Assembly (NCBI RefSeq): GCF_009914755.1
Contig: NC_060947.1
Length of the DNA stretch: 64,000 bases
Strand: one strand, 5' to 3'
From: the human T2T-CHM13v2.0 reference genome, Homo sapiens
The notes under the pieces are model-generated. The model did not search any database and had not been told where the DNA came from. It was given only the letters and a program-made list of their open reading frames with translations. The number at the start of each line of letters is the position of its first letter. The stretch's first letter is position 1. Shown here piece after piece: positions 26,851 through 37,890 of this stretch. The translations under genes were made by a program, and so were the position numbers.

Positions 26851-27643
26851 TGAAACTGGAGGGGTTCCCTTATCCCCCTCACAGGGCATGTGACAGGGGT
26901 TTGTCTTGCTTCTTTGATGCCCTGCTGCTCAAATTCCTAGGGGGAGCAGACAGCCAGGCAGGTCTTGAGGAGCATTTTTGGGCTTCGACCCATGGGCAGC
27001 ATCTAGGGAGTGTTTACAGCTCCAGAAGCCCCAGTGGCCATGTGTTACAGTGTGCTCTTTCAGCTTAGCCATCCGCAGGCAGCTTGTGTTAATCAGCTCA
27101 ATTAGATCCTCTGCCTTATTGCAAGGACAGAGGGCTTTCTGTATGTCGAGTTTTTTGCCCTCATTTACCAGAAAAATCAGATCATACGTGGGCTTGGAGA
27201 ATGAGTGCAAGGTTTTATTGAGTGGTGGAAGTTGCTCTCAGCAGGTGGTTGGGGAGCAGAAGGGGGATGGGGTGGGAAGGTGGTCTTCCGCCAGAGTTGG
27301 GCCACCCAGCAGCTGGACTCTCCTCTGACTGAATTCCCCTCAGAGACCACGTCGTTTCGCTGTCGATGGCCTGTCGGCATCTGCCTGTGTGTTCTTCTGC
27401 CGGTGTGTTCCTCTCGACATCCAGCCATTTGTGTGTGTGTGCCCGCTAGGGTCTTGGGGTTTTTATGGGTATAGGATGGGGGGCATGGCGGGCCAGCGTG
27501 GTCTTGGAAAATGCAACATTTGGGCGTGAAAACAGGAGTGCCTGTCCTCACCTAGGTCTGTGGGCACAGGCCTGAGGATGGAGCCCTCAACAGGTACCCC
27601 ACCGTTTTCTACCCAGCACTTCCCTGCCCCCTGTTCCATATCA
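26851..27643 (-). mobile_element. Solo ERV1 LTR of the LTR1 family (HUERS-P2-related), 793 bp
   Basis: TG...CA termini and perfect 4-bp TSD gttt (26847-26850 / 27644-27647). Reverse complement begins TGATATGGAACAGGGGGCAGGGAAGTGCTGGGTAGA as in LTR1-type consensus. Minus-strand AATAAA near 27214-27219. Confidence 0.85.
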
Positions 27644-29339
27644 GTTTGATTATTAAGTTCCTTGAGGTAGTCTTTTTTGGGGTTAAAACTGCTTGATGTC
27701 CTATAACTATCTTATACTTGAATGTTGATATCTTTCTCTTGGTTTGGGAAGTTGTCTTTATCCCTTTAAATAAATTTTCTTTCCTTATGTTTTTCGCTAT
27801 CTTCTTTTTAAGCCAATAACTCAGATTTGTCCTTTTCAGGTAACTTTCTGGGTCCTCTGGGCAAGCTTCAAGTTTTAAAATCCTTTTTGCTTTTGTCTCC
27901 TGTAACTATGTATTTCAATTGGCCTGTCTTCAAGCTCACTATTTCTTTCTTCACCTTTACCAATCCTGCTATTTAAAGATTCTGATGCATTCCTCAGTAT
28001 GTCAATTGTATTATTCAACTCCAGATTTTCTGCTTCTTTTTAAATATTTCAATATCTTTGTTAAATTTATCTGATAAAATTGTGAATTCCTTCTCTGCGT
28101 TATCTTAAATTTCTATGAGTTTCCTCAAAACAACTATTTTGCATTCTTGTTCTGAAAGGCCACGTATCTCTGTTTCTACAAAATTCATTCCTGGTGGCTT
28201 ATTTAGTTCATTTTGTGAGGTTGTGCTTTCCTGGATGGTCCTGATGCCAGCTGACATTCTTCTGTGTCTGGTCATTGAAAAGTTAGTTTTTTATTGTGGT
28301 CTTCATAGTCTGGGCTTGTTTGTACCCATCGTTTCAGGGAAGGTTTTTCATGTATTCAAAAGAACCTGGGCATTGTGATTAAAGCCATATCTACATCAAG
28401 GGGCATCCCAAGCCCAATAATGCTGTGGTTCTTGCAGACTTGCAGAGGTACCACCTTGGTGGTGTTGGATAAGATCCAGAATAATTTTCTCACTTACCAG
28501 GCAGAGACTCTTGTTCTCCTCCCTTACTTTCTGCCAAACAAATGGATTCTCTGTCTGTTCTGAGCTTACTGGAGGTGGGGGTGAAATGATACAAGCACCC
28601 CTTTGGCCACCACCACTGGGATTGTGCTGGGTTAGACCTGAAGCCAGCACAACACTGGGTCTTACCAAAGGTCTACTGTAACTCTACCTTGCTATCACCT
28701 ATGTCCACTCAAGAACCTGAAGCTCTACAATCAGTAAGTGGTGAAGCCAGCCAGGCCTGTGTGTTTCCCTTCAGAGTGGCAAGTTCCCCCAGGCTCAGAG
28801 TACAGTATCAAGTACATAAACCCCATTCCAAAAAGTAAGAAGTACTGCCTCTTGTAATAATTTTGGATTTAACTTACATGACAAATATAGGCCTTTTATC
28901 TGTTTTAAGGAAATCATGATTTTGCAAGTTAAAGAAGATGTTAGAAATAAAAACCATATAATCTTTTCTGATAAAATAATTCCACTAATGTTACTATGTT
29001 TGTATTCCAGCTAATGGTTAACTCAGGCTACTATCATATGGCAGTAGAATATAAGATTGTCTAATGGTCAATATTTGATGTATGTAAAAACACAGTTTAT
29101 ACTAAATCAGTTGGATAAACCATGGAAAATAGTATAAAATTAAGAGATACAATATTTATTTCACATAAACATGGGAGATATTCTTATTGTTCCTGTGTTT
29201 TTCTGCTTTGATCATTAGCCAAATTTTCACGTTAGTTTTTATTATGGGATTGTTTAGGAGCACATATATGAAAATTGCAGTGATACAGAGAAAGATTAGT
29301 ATGTCTTCTCTACAAGGCATGCACATTCGTGGAAGTCTA

Positions 29340-29600
29340 CATTTTGATCCTACTCATGTTTAAAAACTAGACAAATTGCCACCTCCTTTGGTCTCCTCAG
29401 GTCAAATATTTCTCTCTTTTGTGCTCTGTAATTCATTGTTTATATCAGTTCTATTGCCATTTTTGTACACATATATCTTTCTCATTAGATTATGAACTCT
29501 GATCCTGTATAATACAACTTTATATTCCCCACAGCAGCTAATCCATTGACTTGTAAATAGTGAGCAGTCAAAATGTTTTTATGGATTTGAGTTTTGTGAG
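29340..29600 (+). mobile_element. Degenerate L2 3' fragment
   Basis: tctttctcattagattatgaactc...tttatattccccacagc...tagtgagcagtcaaaatgttt is L2 3'-end-like. Confidence 0.5.
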
Positions 29601-30329
29601 TCATTTGCTGAATATTAGCATCAGGACACACTCACACAAACACACATGCTTATAAAAATTCCATCTTCTCCGTAAGTAAATATCCTATATAAAATAAATG
29701 AGAGAAGAACATTTAAATTCTCTAGTTGTTATCTGTATACCAAGTATATCCCTATATAAATGACTTCATAATGGCTGAAATTGAAAAATTTAGGCAGAAA
29801 TAGCTAGTTTCTCTAAGGATCACCAAGTATAGAAGATTTGAATAATTAGCATGCACACATTAAATCACTTATGCAGATGACTGCTTCATACGAGAGTAAT
29901 TCAGCACAAGTTTACATTGTGCTCACAGTTGATCAGGACCTGAAATGAATCTGGAAGATCCCTGGAGCTCATATCATGTACATTCCTAACTATAGATACA
30001 ACGTTGAATGGATGACAGATAATTATGGAGCCCTTTGGGTCTAATTCTTACAAGGCAAAGTTCCTTTGACTTTTTTGATCAATTTTCTCTGTTGCCAGTT
30101 TGTTAAACATGCAATAGCATGAATTATTATTTTATTCATCCATTTGCTCTATTATAAGCTATTTTATTGTTAAATACACTCAATCATTGATGCTATTTTG
30201 TAAATGGTATTTTTGTCGCATTTAAAAATTTTAAATCATGATCAACTGGTAAAGACTTTAGACAGAAAGAATATGTCTTATTCTTTTTTTGAGCTCTGTT
30301 GCACATTGGGGTGAATACAGTTAAGAACA

Positions 30330-30520
30330 GAGTATTTTACCTTTTAAAATTGCTGAGAGTAAATTTCAAATATTCTCACCACAAAAATGTATAGTATTTT
30401 CAGTAAACAATATGTTAACTAGTTTGATTTAATTATTCCACATTGTATTCATAAATTATAACATCACTTTGTAACCCATAAATTTATGCAATTATAAATT
30501 TTCAACTTACAGTTAAAATT
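30330..30520 (+). mobile_element. L1MA 3'UTR fragment
   Basis: aaaattgctgagagtaaatttcaaatattctcaccacaaaaa...ttattccacattgtattcataaatt. Confidence 0.8.
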
Positions 30521-30647
30521 GTTGCATCTTCTTATAAAAATACAAATACATAAAAATAAATTCTCCAGTTTCCATAAATTTTAGAAGTTTTGTATATGCT
30601 CAGATGATACAGGAAGTGGTGGTGTATTTTAGAAAAAGAGAGGAAGT

Positions 30648-31387
30648 CTATCATTGTTGGACATTTGGGTTGGTTCCAAGTCTTTGCTATTGTGAATAAT
30701 GCCGCAATAAACATACATGTGCATGTGTCTTTATAGCAGCATGATTTATAGTCCTTTGGGTATATACCCAGTAATGGGATGGCTGGGTCAAATGGTATTT
30801 CTAGTTCTAGATCCCTGAGGAATCGCCACACTGATTTCCACAATGGTTGAACTAGTTTACAGTCCCACCAACAGTGTAAAAGTGTTCCTATTTCTCCACA
30901 TCCTCTCCAGCACCTGTTGTTTCCTGACTTTTTAATGATTGCCATTCTAACTGGTGTGAGATGGTATCTCATTGTGGTTTTGATTTGCATAATGTGGCAC
31001 ATATACACCATGGAATACTATGCAGCCGTAAAAAATGATGAGTTCATGTCCTTTGTAGGGACATGGATGAAATTGGAAACCATCATTCTCAGTAAACTAT
31101 CGCAAGAACAAAAAACCAAACACTGCATATTCTCACTCATAGGTGGGAATTGAACAATGAGATCACATGGACACAGGAAGGGGAACATCACACTCTGGGG
31201 ACTGTTGTGGGGTGGGGGGGAGGGAGGGATAGCATTGGGAGATAAACCTAATGCTAGATGACGAGTTAGTGGGTGCAGCACACCAGCATGGCACATGTAT
31301 ACGTATGTAACTAACCTGCACAATGTGCACATGTACCCTAAAACTTAAAGTATAATAATAAAAAAAAAACAAGCATAAAAAAAAAAA
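30648..31387 (+). mobile_element. Young L1PA2-like insertion with 5' inversion (twin priming): inverted part 30648-30990, sense part 30991-31387
   Basis: Perfect 17-bp TSD agaaaaagagaggaagt (30631-30647 / 31388-31404). 3'UTR has gagatcacatgg, attgggagata, gatgacgagttagtg and gcacaatgtgcac, i.e. GAG rather than the L1HS-Ta ACA. Confidence 0.95.
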
Positions 31388-31764
31388 AGAAAAAGAGAGG
31401 AAGTGATTGTGTGGGGCAGAACAACTGTCCTTGGTCCAAGCAGCATCTTTACCAGCCAATGGTTGTCTTGGAATTCTAAAATAAATATATACCTGATGTT
31501 AATAAATAAATTCATGCAAAATATTGTGATAATCATTGATCTATGCGGGAGATAGCTTACCTCATTATATCATTCGAATTGCCTCTTTCTTTTTATTATA
31601 TGTGGTGTCTTATAAGCAAATCATTTTTCCTTTGGGACTACTGGAATGGCCTTTGTTCTCAGTATGTATAATGGATAAAGGTGTCTTGTAACAACTTATA
31701 TCCCATAAGGAAAATGTAGCATTGCTTCTCTTTGCTTCTAGAAATAGTGCTAAGAAAGACTTGC

Positions 31765-32059
31765 CAGGCTGTGTGTGGTGGCTCGTGCCTGTTGTCCCAG
31801 CACTTTGGGAGGCTGAGGCTCAAGTGATCCACTTGAGCCCAGGAGTTCGAGACAAGCCTGGGCAACACGATGAAACCCTGTCTCTACAAAAAATACAACA
31901 ATTAGCTGGGCATGATGGCATGTGCCTGTGGTCCCAGCTACTTGGGAGTTGAGGTGGAAGGATTGCTTGAGCCTGGGAGGCGGAGGCTTCAGTGAGCCAT
32001 AATCATGTCACTGTACCCCAGCCTCAGCAACATAGTGAGACCTAGTCTCAAAAAAAAAA
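31765..32059 (+). mobile_element. AluJ
   Basis: Dimeric Alu with J diagnostics (cttgagcccaggagttcgag; ggtcccagctac...gaggtggaaggattgcttgagcc). Confidence 0.92.
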
Positions 32060-33504
32060 TGCAGTCAGGAAAAGTTATGAGTATCTTGTTTTTGCTACAT
32101 CTAAAGCTTTCAAAGTGTTCTGAATAAGCCACTCTAGACTCTGACATTTTCACCACTCTTTCTCTATTTTTGTGCGTGTATGTATACATGAGTGTCATAT
32201 ATGTATGTACACACCAAAAACACAGTTATATGTATATTTTTTATTTACTCATATGTGCCATGCTAAACATGTAATTGCCTTCTATTTGCTTGGAGGGATG
32301 ATTTGTAGTTTAACTACTTTGTCTGGCTTTGCTGAAGCTCAGCAATTATTCTGTATCTCTACTGTAACTTTAAAACATTACTATGAGTGGGAGAAGGGCT
32401 GTTGAATTCTCACCACTAAACATTTGCATCAAGATTAAGTAAAATGTTAATCTCTGCTAAACTGATTTAGCTGAATAGAATCTATCAAAGTATAGTCATA
32501 GTTTCCTAAGCATGCTTGGGGCTCTGCAGATGTGCAAAGAAATACCATATGGAAGTGGCTTTCTCCATGGCACAAGTGGTATGGTTTTGTGTGTTGTGGT
32601 GTGTCTGTTGGCATTGTTGGCAGTTCAGCACCCTGGGAAAGGCATTGCTTTCAAACATGAGTAATTGATGAATTGTATGTAATATGCAAATGTGAATGCA
32701 TAAATCTCCTGAATGACAGCTTAATTTATGTGAGCTTTTAAGAATGTGGTATTAGATTTTAATTAAGTATCTTCAAAGGCGCTCTGACTTATTCAGGTTT
32801 TTGGCTGCTGTCTTTAGAAAGAAGTGGGTGAAGGTTTAAATCATAATTTTACACACATTATTCACATTTTTGTACTCAATGGTCATTGTTTCATAGAAAA
32901 ATCAAGATATTTAAAGTAGAAAGGCATTTGTCTTTAATTTTAAAAACATTGCTTTTATATTACAGTGGTTACAGTTCATCTTATATGATAGATACAGGAA
33001 AGTATAAGTGATCTGAAAATTAATGTCTTAAATTTCAAATGTAATCTTTGAGCATATTTCAGATACTACCGTATATTTTACTATGCAAAATTAAACAATG
33101 ACAACTGCAGATGAAATTTCTTAGCACATATTGTTGGGAGGTTAATACAGTGTATGACTTTCAAAGTATAATTATCTTAAAAATAACTGAAAGAGTTGAT
33201 AGAGATACAGCTGTCTCCGTCCACTTTATTCTTAGATAGGAAGTATGTATAAATGTAGCTCTGCATGTGTATTTTTTTGTGTGTGTATTTTTAACCTATA
33301 TTTGATAATAGTTTTTCAAACCTTATATAATATACAGATTAGGAAAAAAGATATTAATTAAAAATTATAAAATTTACAAGCATTTTTTCCTCTTTAATCT
33401 TTCTATGCAATCAGGTAATGAATTAAAAGGATATGAATGTAATAGATCCACTTAAAGTTTGCTGTAAATGCTGTTAATTCTTTACAAAATATATTCCAAG
33501 AGGA

Positions 33505-33885
33505 CACTGCAAGATCTCACTCATATATGGAGTCTAAAAAGTTGATCTCATAGAAGTAGAAAGTAGAATAGTGATTGCCAGAGAATGGGGAGGGCAGGCT
33601 AAAGGGGACTGGAGAAAGATTGGTCAATGGGTACAAACCTACAGTTAGATAGGAAGGATAAGTTCTGGTGTTCTATTGCTTAGTAGGATGACCAGAGTTA
33701 GCAGTAATGTGTTATATGTTTCAAAATACCTAGATATTCTCATCACAAAGAAATTATAAATGTTTAAGGTGATAAATATGGCAATTACTCTTATATGATC
33801 ATTACACTATGTATACATGTATTGAAACATCATATTGTATCCCATAAATATGTACAATTACTATGTCAATTATAAATTTAAAAAA
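33505..33885 (+). mobile_element. L1MA (MA4/5-like) 3' end
   Basis: ctcactcatatatggagtctaaaaagttgatctcatagaagtaga...cagttagataggaaggataagttctggtgttcta. Confidence 0.85.
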
Positions 33886-34101
33886 TCTTCCAACCGATTT
33901 ATAGTTTATAGTAAATCACATTGCCTATAAGTGATAAATATAAAAAAAACTCTTGATCAGTAATGAATTATGCCTACCTTTTAACTGTTTTTCCCACATA
34001 TTTGTTTTCTCTTAATTTATTTTCAAGAGCTTAATTTTTGACTACAGCAACAATTAAGCTATACTTTTTTACTTGAATGTGTTTCTCCTCTGATGTATCA
34101 T

Positions 34102-34305
34102 TGTAGTGGTTAATTGCACAAACTTTGGAATTATACTTCATAGTTCTTAAATGCCAGCTCTGACACTACCTGCTGTGTGACCTTGGGCAGAGCAATTAAC
34201 CATGTCTAAGTTTCTGGATTGCTGTTAGAATTACATGACTTAATACAAAGCACTTAGAAGAGTGCCTGGCACCTGGTGAGCCCTATGCAACTTATTGTTA
34301 TTATT
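34102..34305 (+). mobile_element. MIR SINE
   Basis: ccagctctgacactacctgctgtgtgaccttgggcag...aaagcacttagaagagtgcctggcac. Confidence 0.85.
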
Positions 34306-34919
34306 TATTTCCACTGGTCCCACCATACCCTCATTTTTACCTGGCAGGACTGTTTCCCTGCTGACTGGCCCCAAGACAACTTAATTGCCATTTTCATGAT
34401 TTTGTCTGGAATGTGTCTACCATGTATACTCTCCCTGTGCAGGTTCTATTCAATCTTGAGACCTAAGGATCCCTTTTTTTTCTATGAAGTCATCATTGAC
34501 TCCTTCCTCTGAACTAGCTCCATTTTTTGTTAGTTTTCTTCTATCACAGTATTTTTTTGTTTAATCATTTCCATATTTATTTTTGTTTATACCAAGCTTA
34601 CAACTGTGAAACTTGTAGTCCACTTACTTAGTTTCTGTCTGGTATGTTGACTTGAAAATTACATCTAGTGTGAAGTTCCAGCTTCCTTTACCTAATTTGC
34701 CTTTATCTAGGTTTGCTATATCATGGAGATACAGGATGTTTCAATCTCCAAGGGAGATGGCCATGCACAATTCTCCTCTTCAGACTCCTGCTATTCTGGT
34801 TCTCTTACGGTTGAGACTGTTTCTTTCCACTCTGAGGAGGGGCTTTTCTGTTTATTAGAAATTAAAGATGGAAAAGTCATTTGCCTCATGTTGAAAAATC
34901 AACTCATACAATATAATAT

Positions 34920-35110
34920 ATATAGTCAGACAGATAAGGGCTACAATTCTGGTCCTGCTGTCTGGCTTTCAGCAAGTTAGCCTCTCTGAGGCTTAACTTC
35001 TCACCTTAAAATAGGGATAGTAGTACCAATTTCATGGAACTATTTAGAGAATTAAGTTGATGTGAACCTTAGCATAGTGCTAGACATATACTATGGGTTA
35101 ATTTACCAGT
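34920..35110 (+). mobile_element. MIR SINE
   Basis: gcaagttagcctctctgaggcttaacttctcaccttaaaatagggatagtagtacc...cttagcatagtgc. Confidence 0.75.
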
Positions 35111-36104
35111 ATTTTTCTTCCCATTAATCATCTAGCAACAGTAACAGGACTTATAATAATGGGCTATGTGATGGGATCAAAGCTATTCCTTAACCAAAAT
35201 ATTAAACACAATGCCAGTGAAGAGTTTGTCCAGGAGCAATGTGAGACTAAGTTTTGTAATTTCTTCTCTAAAGGGACCAGAATATATAGACACCAATTTT
35301 AACATATACTATTATTTTTTAAAGTAGAGATCAGTATGCCTCTCTTCTGTACTTTTAAAATCAGAACATAGAAGCTAGCTAAACATAAACTCTTAGGTTG
35401 CCCCAACTTTCACAGAGGAAGCCAAACTATTCAACTATGGGCACATTGGAATTGTACTCACTTTAAATGTAATCACCCTGGTTGTAGTCATTTCAACGCT
35501 AGCAAAAGCCTATTATATATTCTTTCCTGTTCAATGTTGTGAAGCCGGTATAACATTTTCTGTAATGTAAGTCAACTTACATTTGTGTATAAGGTGCTAT
35601 TCCAGGAACGGTGGTAGGCTTAAAGATGAAATTAGTAAGTCCCACATAGCCCTGGCCATGTGTGCCTAAGGTGGTGAGGAGATCTTGCAGAGCATTTTGC
35701 ACCAGCTAGGTGGTCAGTAAATATTTATTTAATTTGACAATTCAATTCTTAGTGGATAGAGCTTCTTTGCAGTGCATGTTAACATGTAAGACTGTTACTC
35801 ATACTCACTTTTCAAGATAATCCTTTTATAAATTATAGTCTTATATTGCAAAACACTTGATGAGATTTTAGTTTAATCAACTTTTCTTTTACTTCATTAG
35901 ATGCAGCTTAATGACAAATACTTTATAAAAATAATACGGTGTTTAATTAATAAATGGTATTTTAATTGCAACCATTCTTGCCAACAGCATATAAATTGGA
36001 AAAATAAATTTTGAACTTATTATAAAAGTCCAAAAATATTTCTCCACGAAGTAAAAGGTGCAAAATATCTTCAAATTATAACCACTTTTCAGTACAAATA
36101 ATGT

Positions 36105-36250
36105 AGAAGTTTAGAGTCCAGCAGATGTGCTTTTGAGTTCTTATACTAGCTCTGTGACATTAGCTGTGTTATCTAATCTCTGTGAGCCTTAGTTTTCTAT
36201 AAATTGGGGACAATAAAGTCTACTTGCAAAGTTTTGGTAGGTATTATACT
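36105..36250 (+). mobile_element. MIR fragment
   Basis: tactagctctgtgacattag...taatctctgtgagccttagttttctataaattgggaca. Confidence 0.7.
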
Positions 36251-36444
36251 TATTGTATCTATATCTCTATCTATCACTCATCTATCACACTTTCTAGATC
36301 ACACTTTATATTTCAATGTTTCCATTTATTGTTGCTTCTACACAATCAAATTCAGCTCAGATAATTTTATATATGCATCATTTTTAATAGTTAAGATGGG
36401 ATGAATGAAACATAAGAAGAAATATTTAAAAGGATTATAGTCAT

Positions 36445-36630
36445 TGTTATGGAAAGAACCATGGATTGGAAGTCAGTAAATGTGGGTTGCAATCATGGTT
36501 TTTCCCTAGCAAACTGTGTGATCACAGATAGGCAAGTCGTTTTACCCCACTGAGCTTTTGCTTCCCTATCTGTACAAATAAGAATTTCCACTAACTCTTG
36601 TCTATGGTTTCATTCAGCTTTAATATTCTT
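36445..36630 (+). mobile_element. MIR fragment
   Basis: ggaaagaaccatggattggaagtcag...ctgtgtga...ggcaagtcgttttaccccactgagc...tccctatctgtac. Confidence 0.7.
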
Positions 36631-36659
36631 GGATTATTTATATTCTTTGGCTCTTGAGA

Positions 36660-37150
36660 TAACATAGCATAGTGAGTCAGTGTGCTGGATCTAGATTCAG
36701 ATTTACTGGGCTCTAATCTCAGTTCCCCAGAGTAATAGCGTTACGACTTGGCCAAGTCATTTATACCCCTTGAACCACAGTTTCATTATCTTTAAAATGA
36801 GTATGGCAAAAATAGCTAAAAGTGAGGATTTTAAATATTCTTACCACAGGAAATATAAATATTTGAAGTAATGGATTACTCATTAGCCTGATTTGATCAT
36901 TCCACAATGTATACATGTATTGAAGCATCACCTTGTGCCCCATGTGCAATTATTATTTGTCAATTAAAAATAAAATAAAACTTTAGAAGTATTTAACAGG
37001 GATTGAAATCATTGAGAAGTTAGCATGGAAATAACAATACATATTTCACAGTGTTGTTCAAAGTATTAAATGAGTCAATATATATAAAAAATTCAGAAAA
37101 ATGCTTGGTACATAGTAAGTATTCGCTAACCACGACATATAATCATTACC
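36660..37150 (+). mobile_element. MIR split by an L1MA 3' fragment (about 36806-36985)
   Basis: MIR core (gacttggccaagtcattt...cagtttcattatctttaaaatg) resumes after the L1MA tail at aataacaatac...attaaatgag...ggtacatagtaag. Confidence 0.75.
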
Positions 37151-37679
37151 TAACGATACAGAAGTGTGACTAGTGAAATATGTTCCTCTTATTTCAACTC
37201 CTGATGATGCAAGCACATATCTATAAGGCAGGCAGTCAGTGGCTATAGCCAGTAATCCAGCATGATACTTTATTCATCTATTCCCATACTGAGATCTTAT
37301 TTTGAATCTGCGTAGAATTGAATGATCTTAATTTACACTAATGTTATGTTTTCTTGTAATTTTAGGTATCTGTTCATAAATTTATATCTTAATTTCCAAA
37401 GTATTTGAAGATAAGATTCATACCTCATATTTCCTATTGCACCTCATTCATATCACCTGAGATTGGACTTTGTATCTAGTAGATACTCAAAAATAATTGA
37501 TTGATGACATAGATTTTAATACTTCTCTAGATAGATGCATTTAAAAAAATCCCCAAAGTTCTCATTTTTAAGTTTAATAAAACCTCAGGCATATATTTAT
37601 GGAAGAATGTTTCCTGAATTATGATAAACAAATAACAATATCACATAATATGGAATAATATAAATTATAGATTTTTTTC

Positions 37680-37890
37680 TGTTGTACAACATGGTAACTA
37701 TAATAATATACTGTATACTTGAAAATTGCTGAGAGAAGATTTTACACGTTCTTGCCTCAAAAAAATATGTGAAGTAATGCGTATGTTAATTAGCTTGACT
37801 TAGCCATTTCACAATGTAAACATGTATCAAAATATGATTGTACACCATAAATATATACAATGTTTTACTTGTCAATTAAATAAAAAGATT
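37680..37890 (+). mobile_element. L1MA 3'UTR fragment
   Basis: ttgtacaacatggtaacta...gaaaattgctgagag...tatgttaattagcttgacttagccattt. Confidence 0.8.

Noticed and set aside
30532-31011. 159-aa ORF with near-perfect L1 ORF2 C-terminus
   Set aside because: It is the inverted half of the twin-primed L1, with no promoter or independent gene structure.
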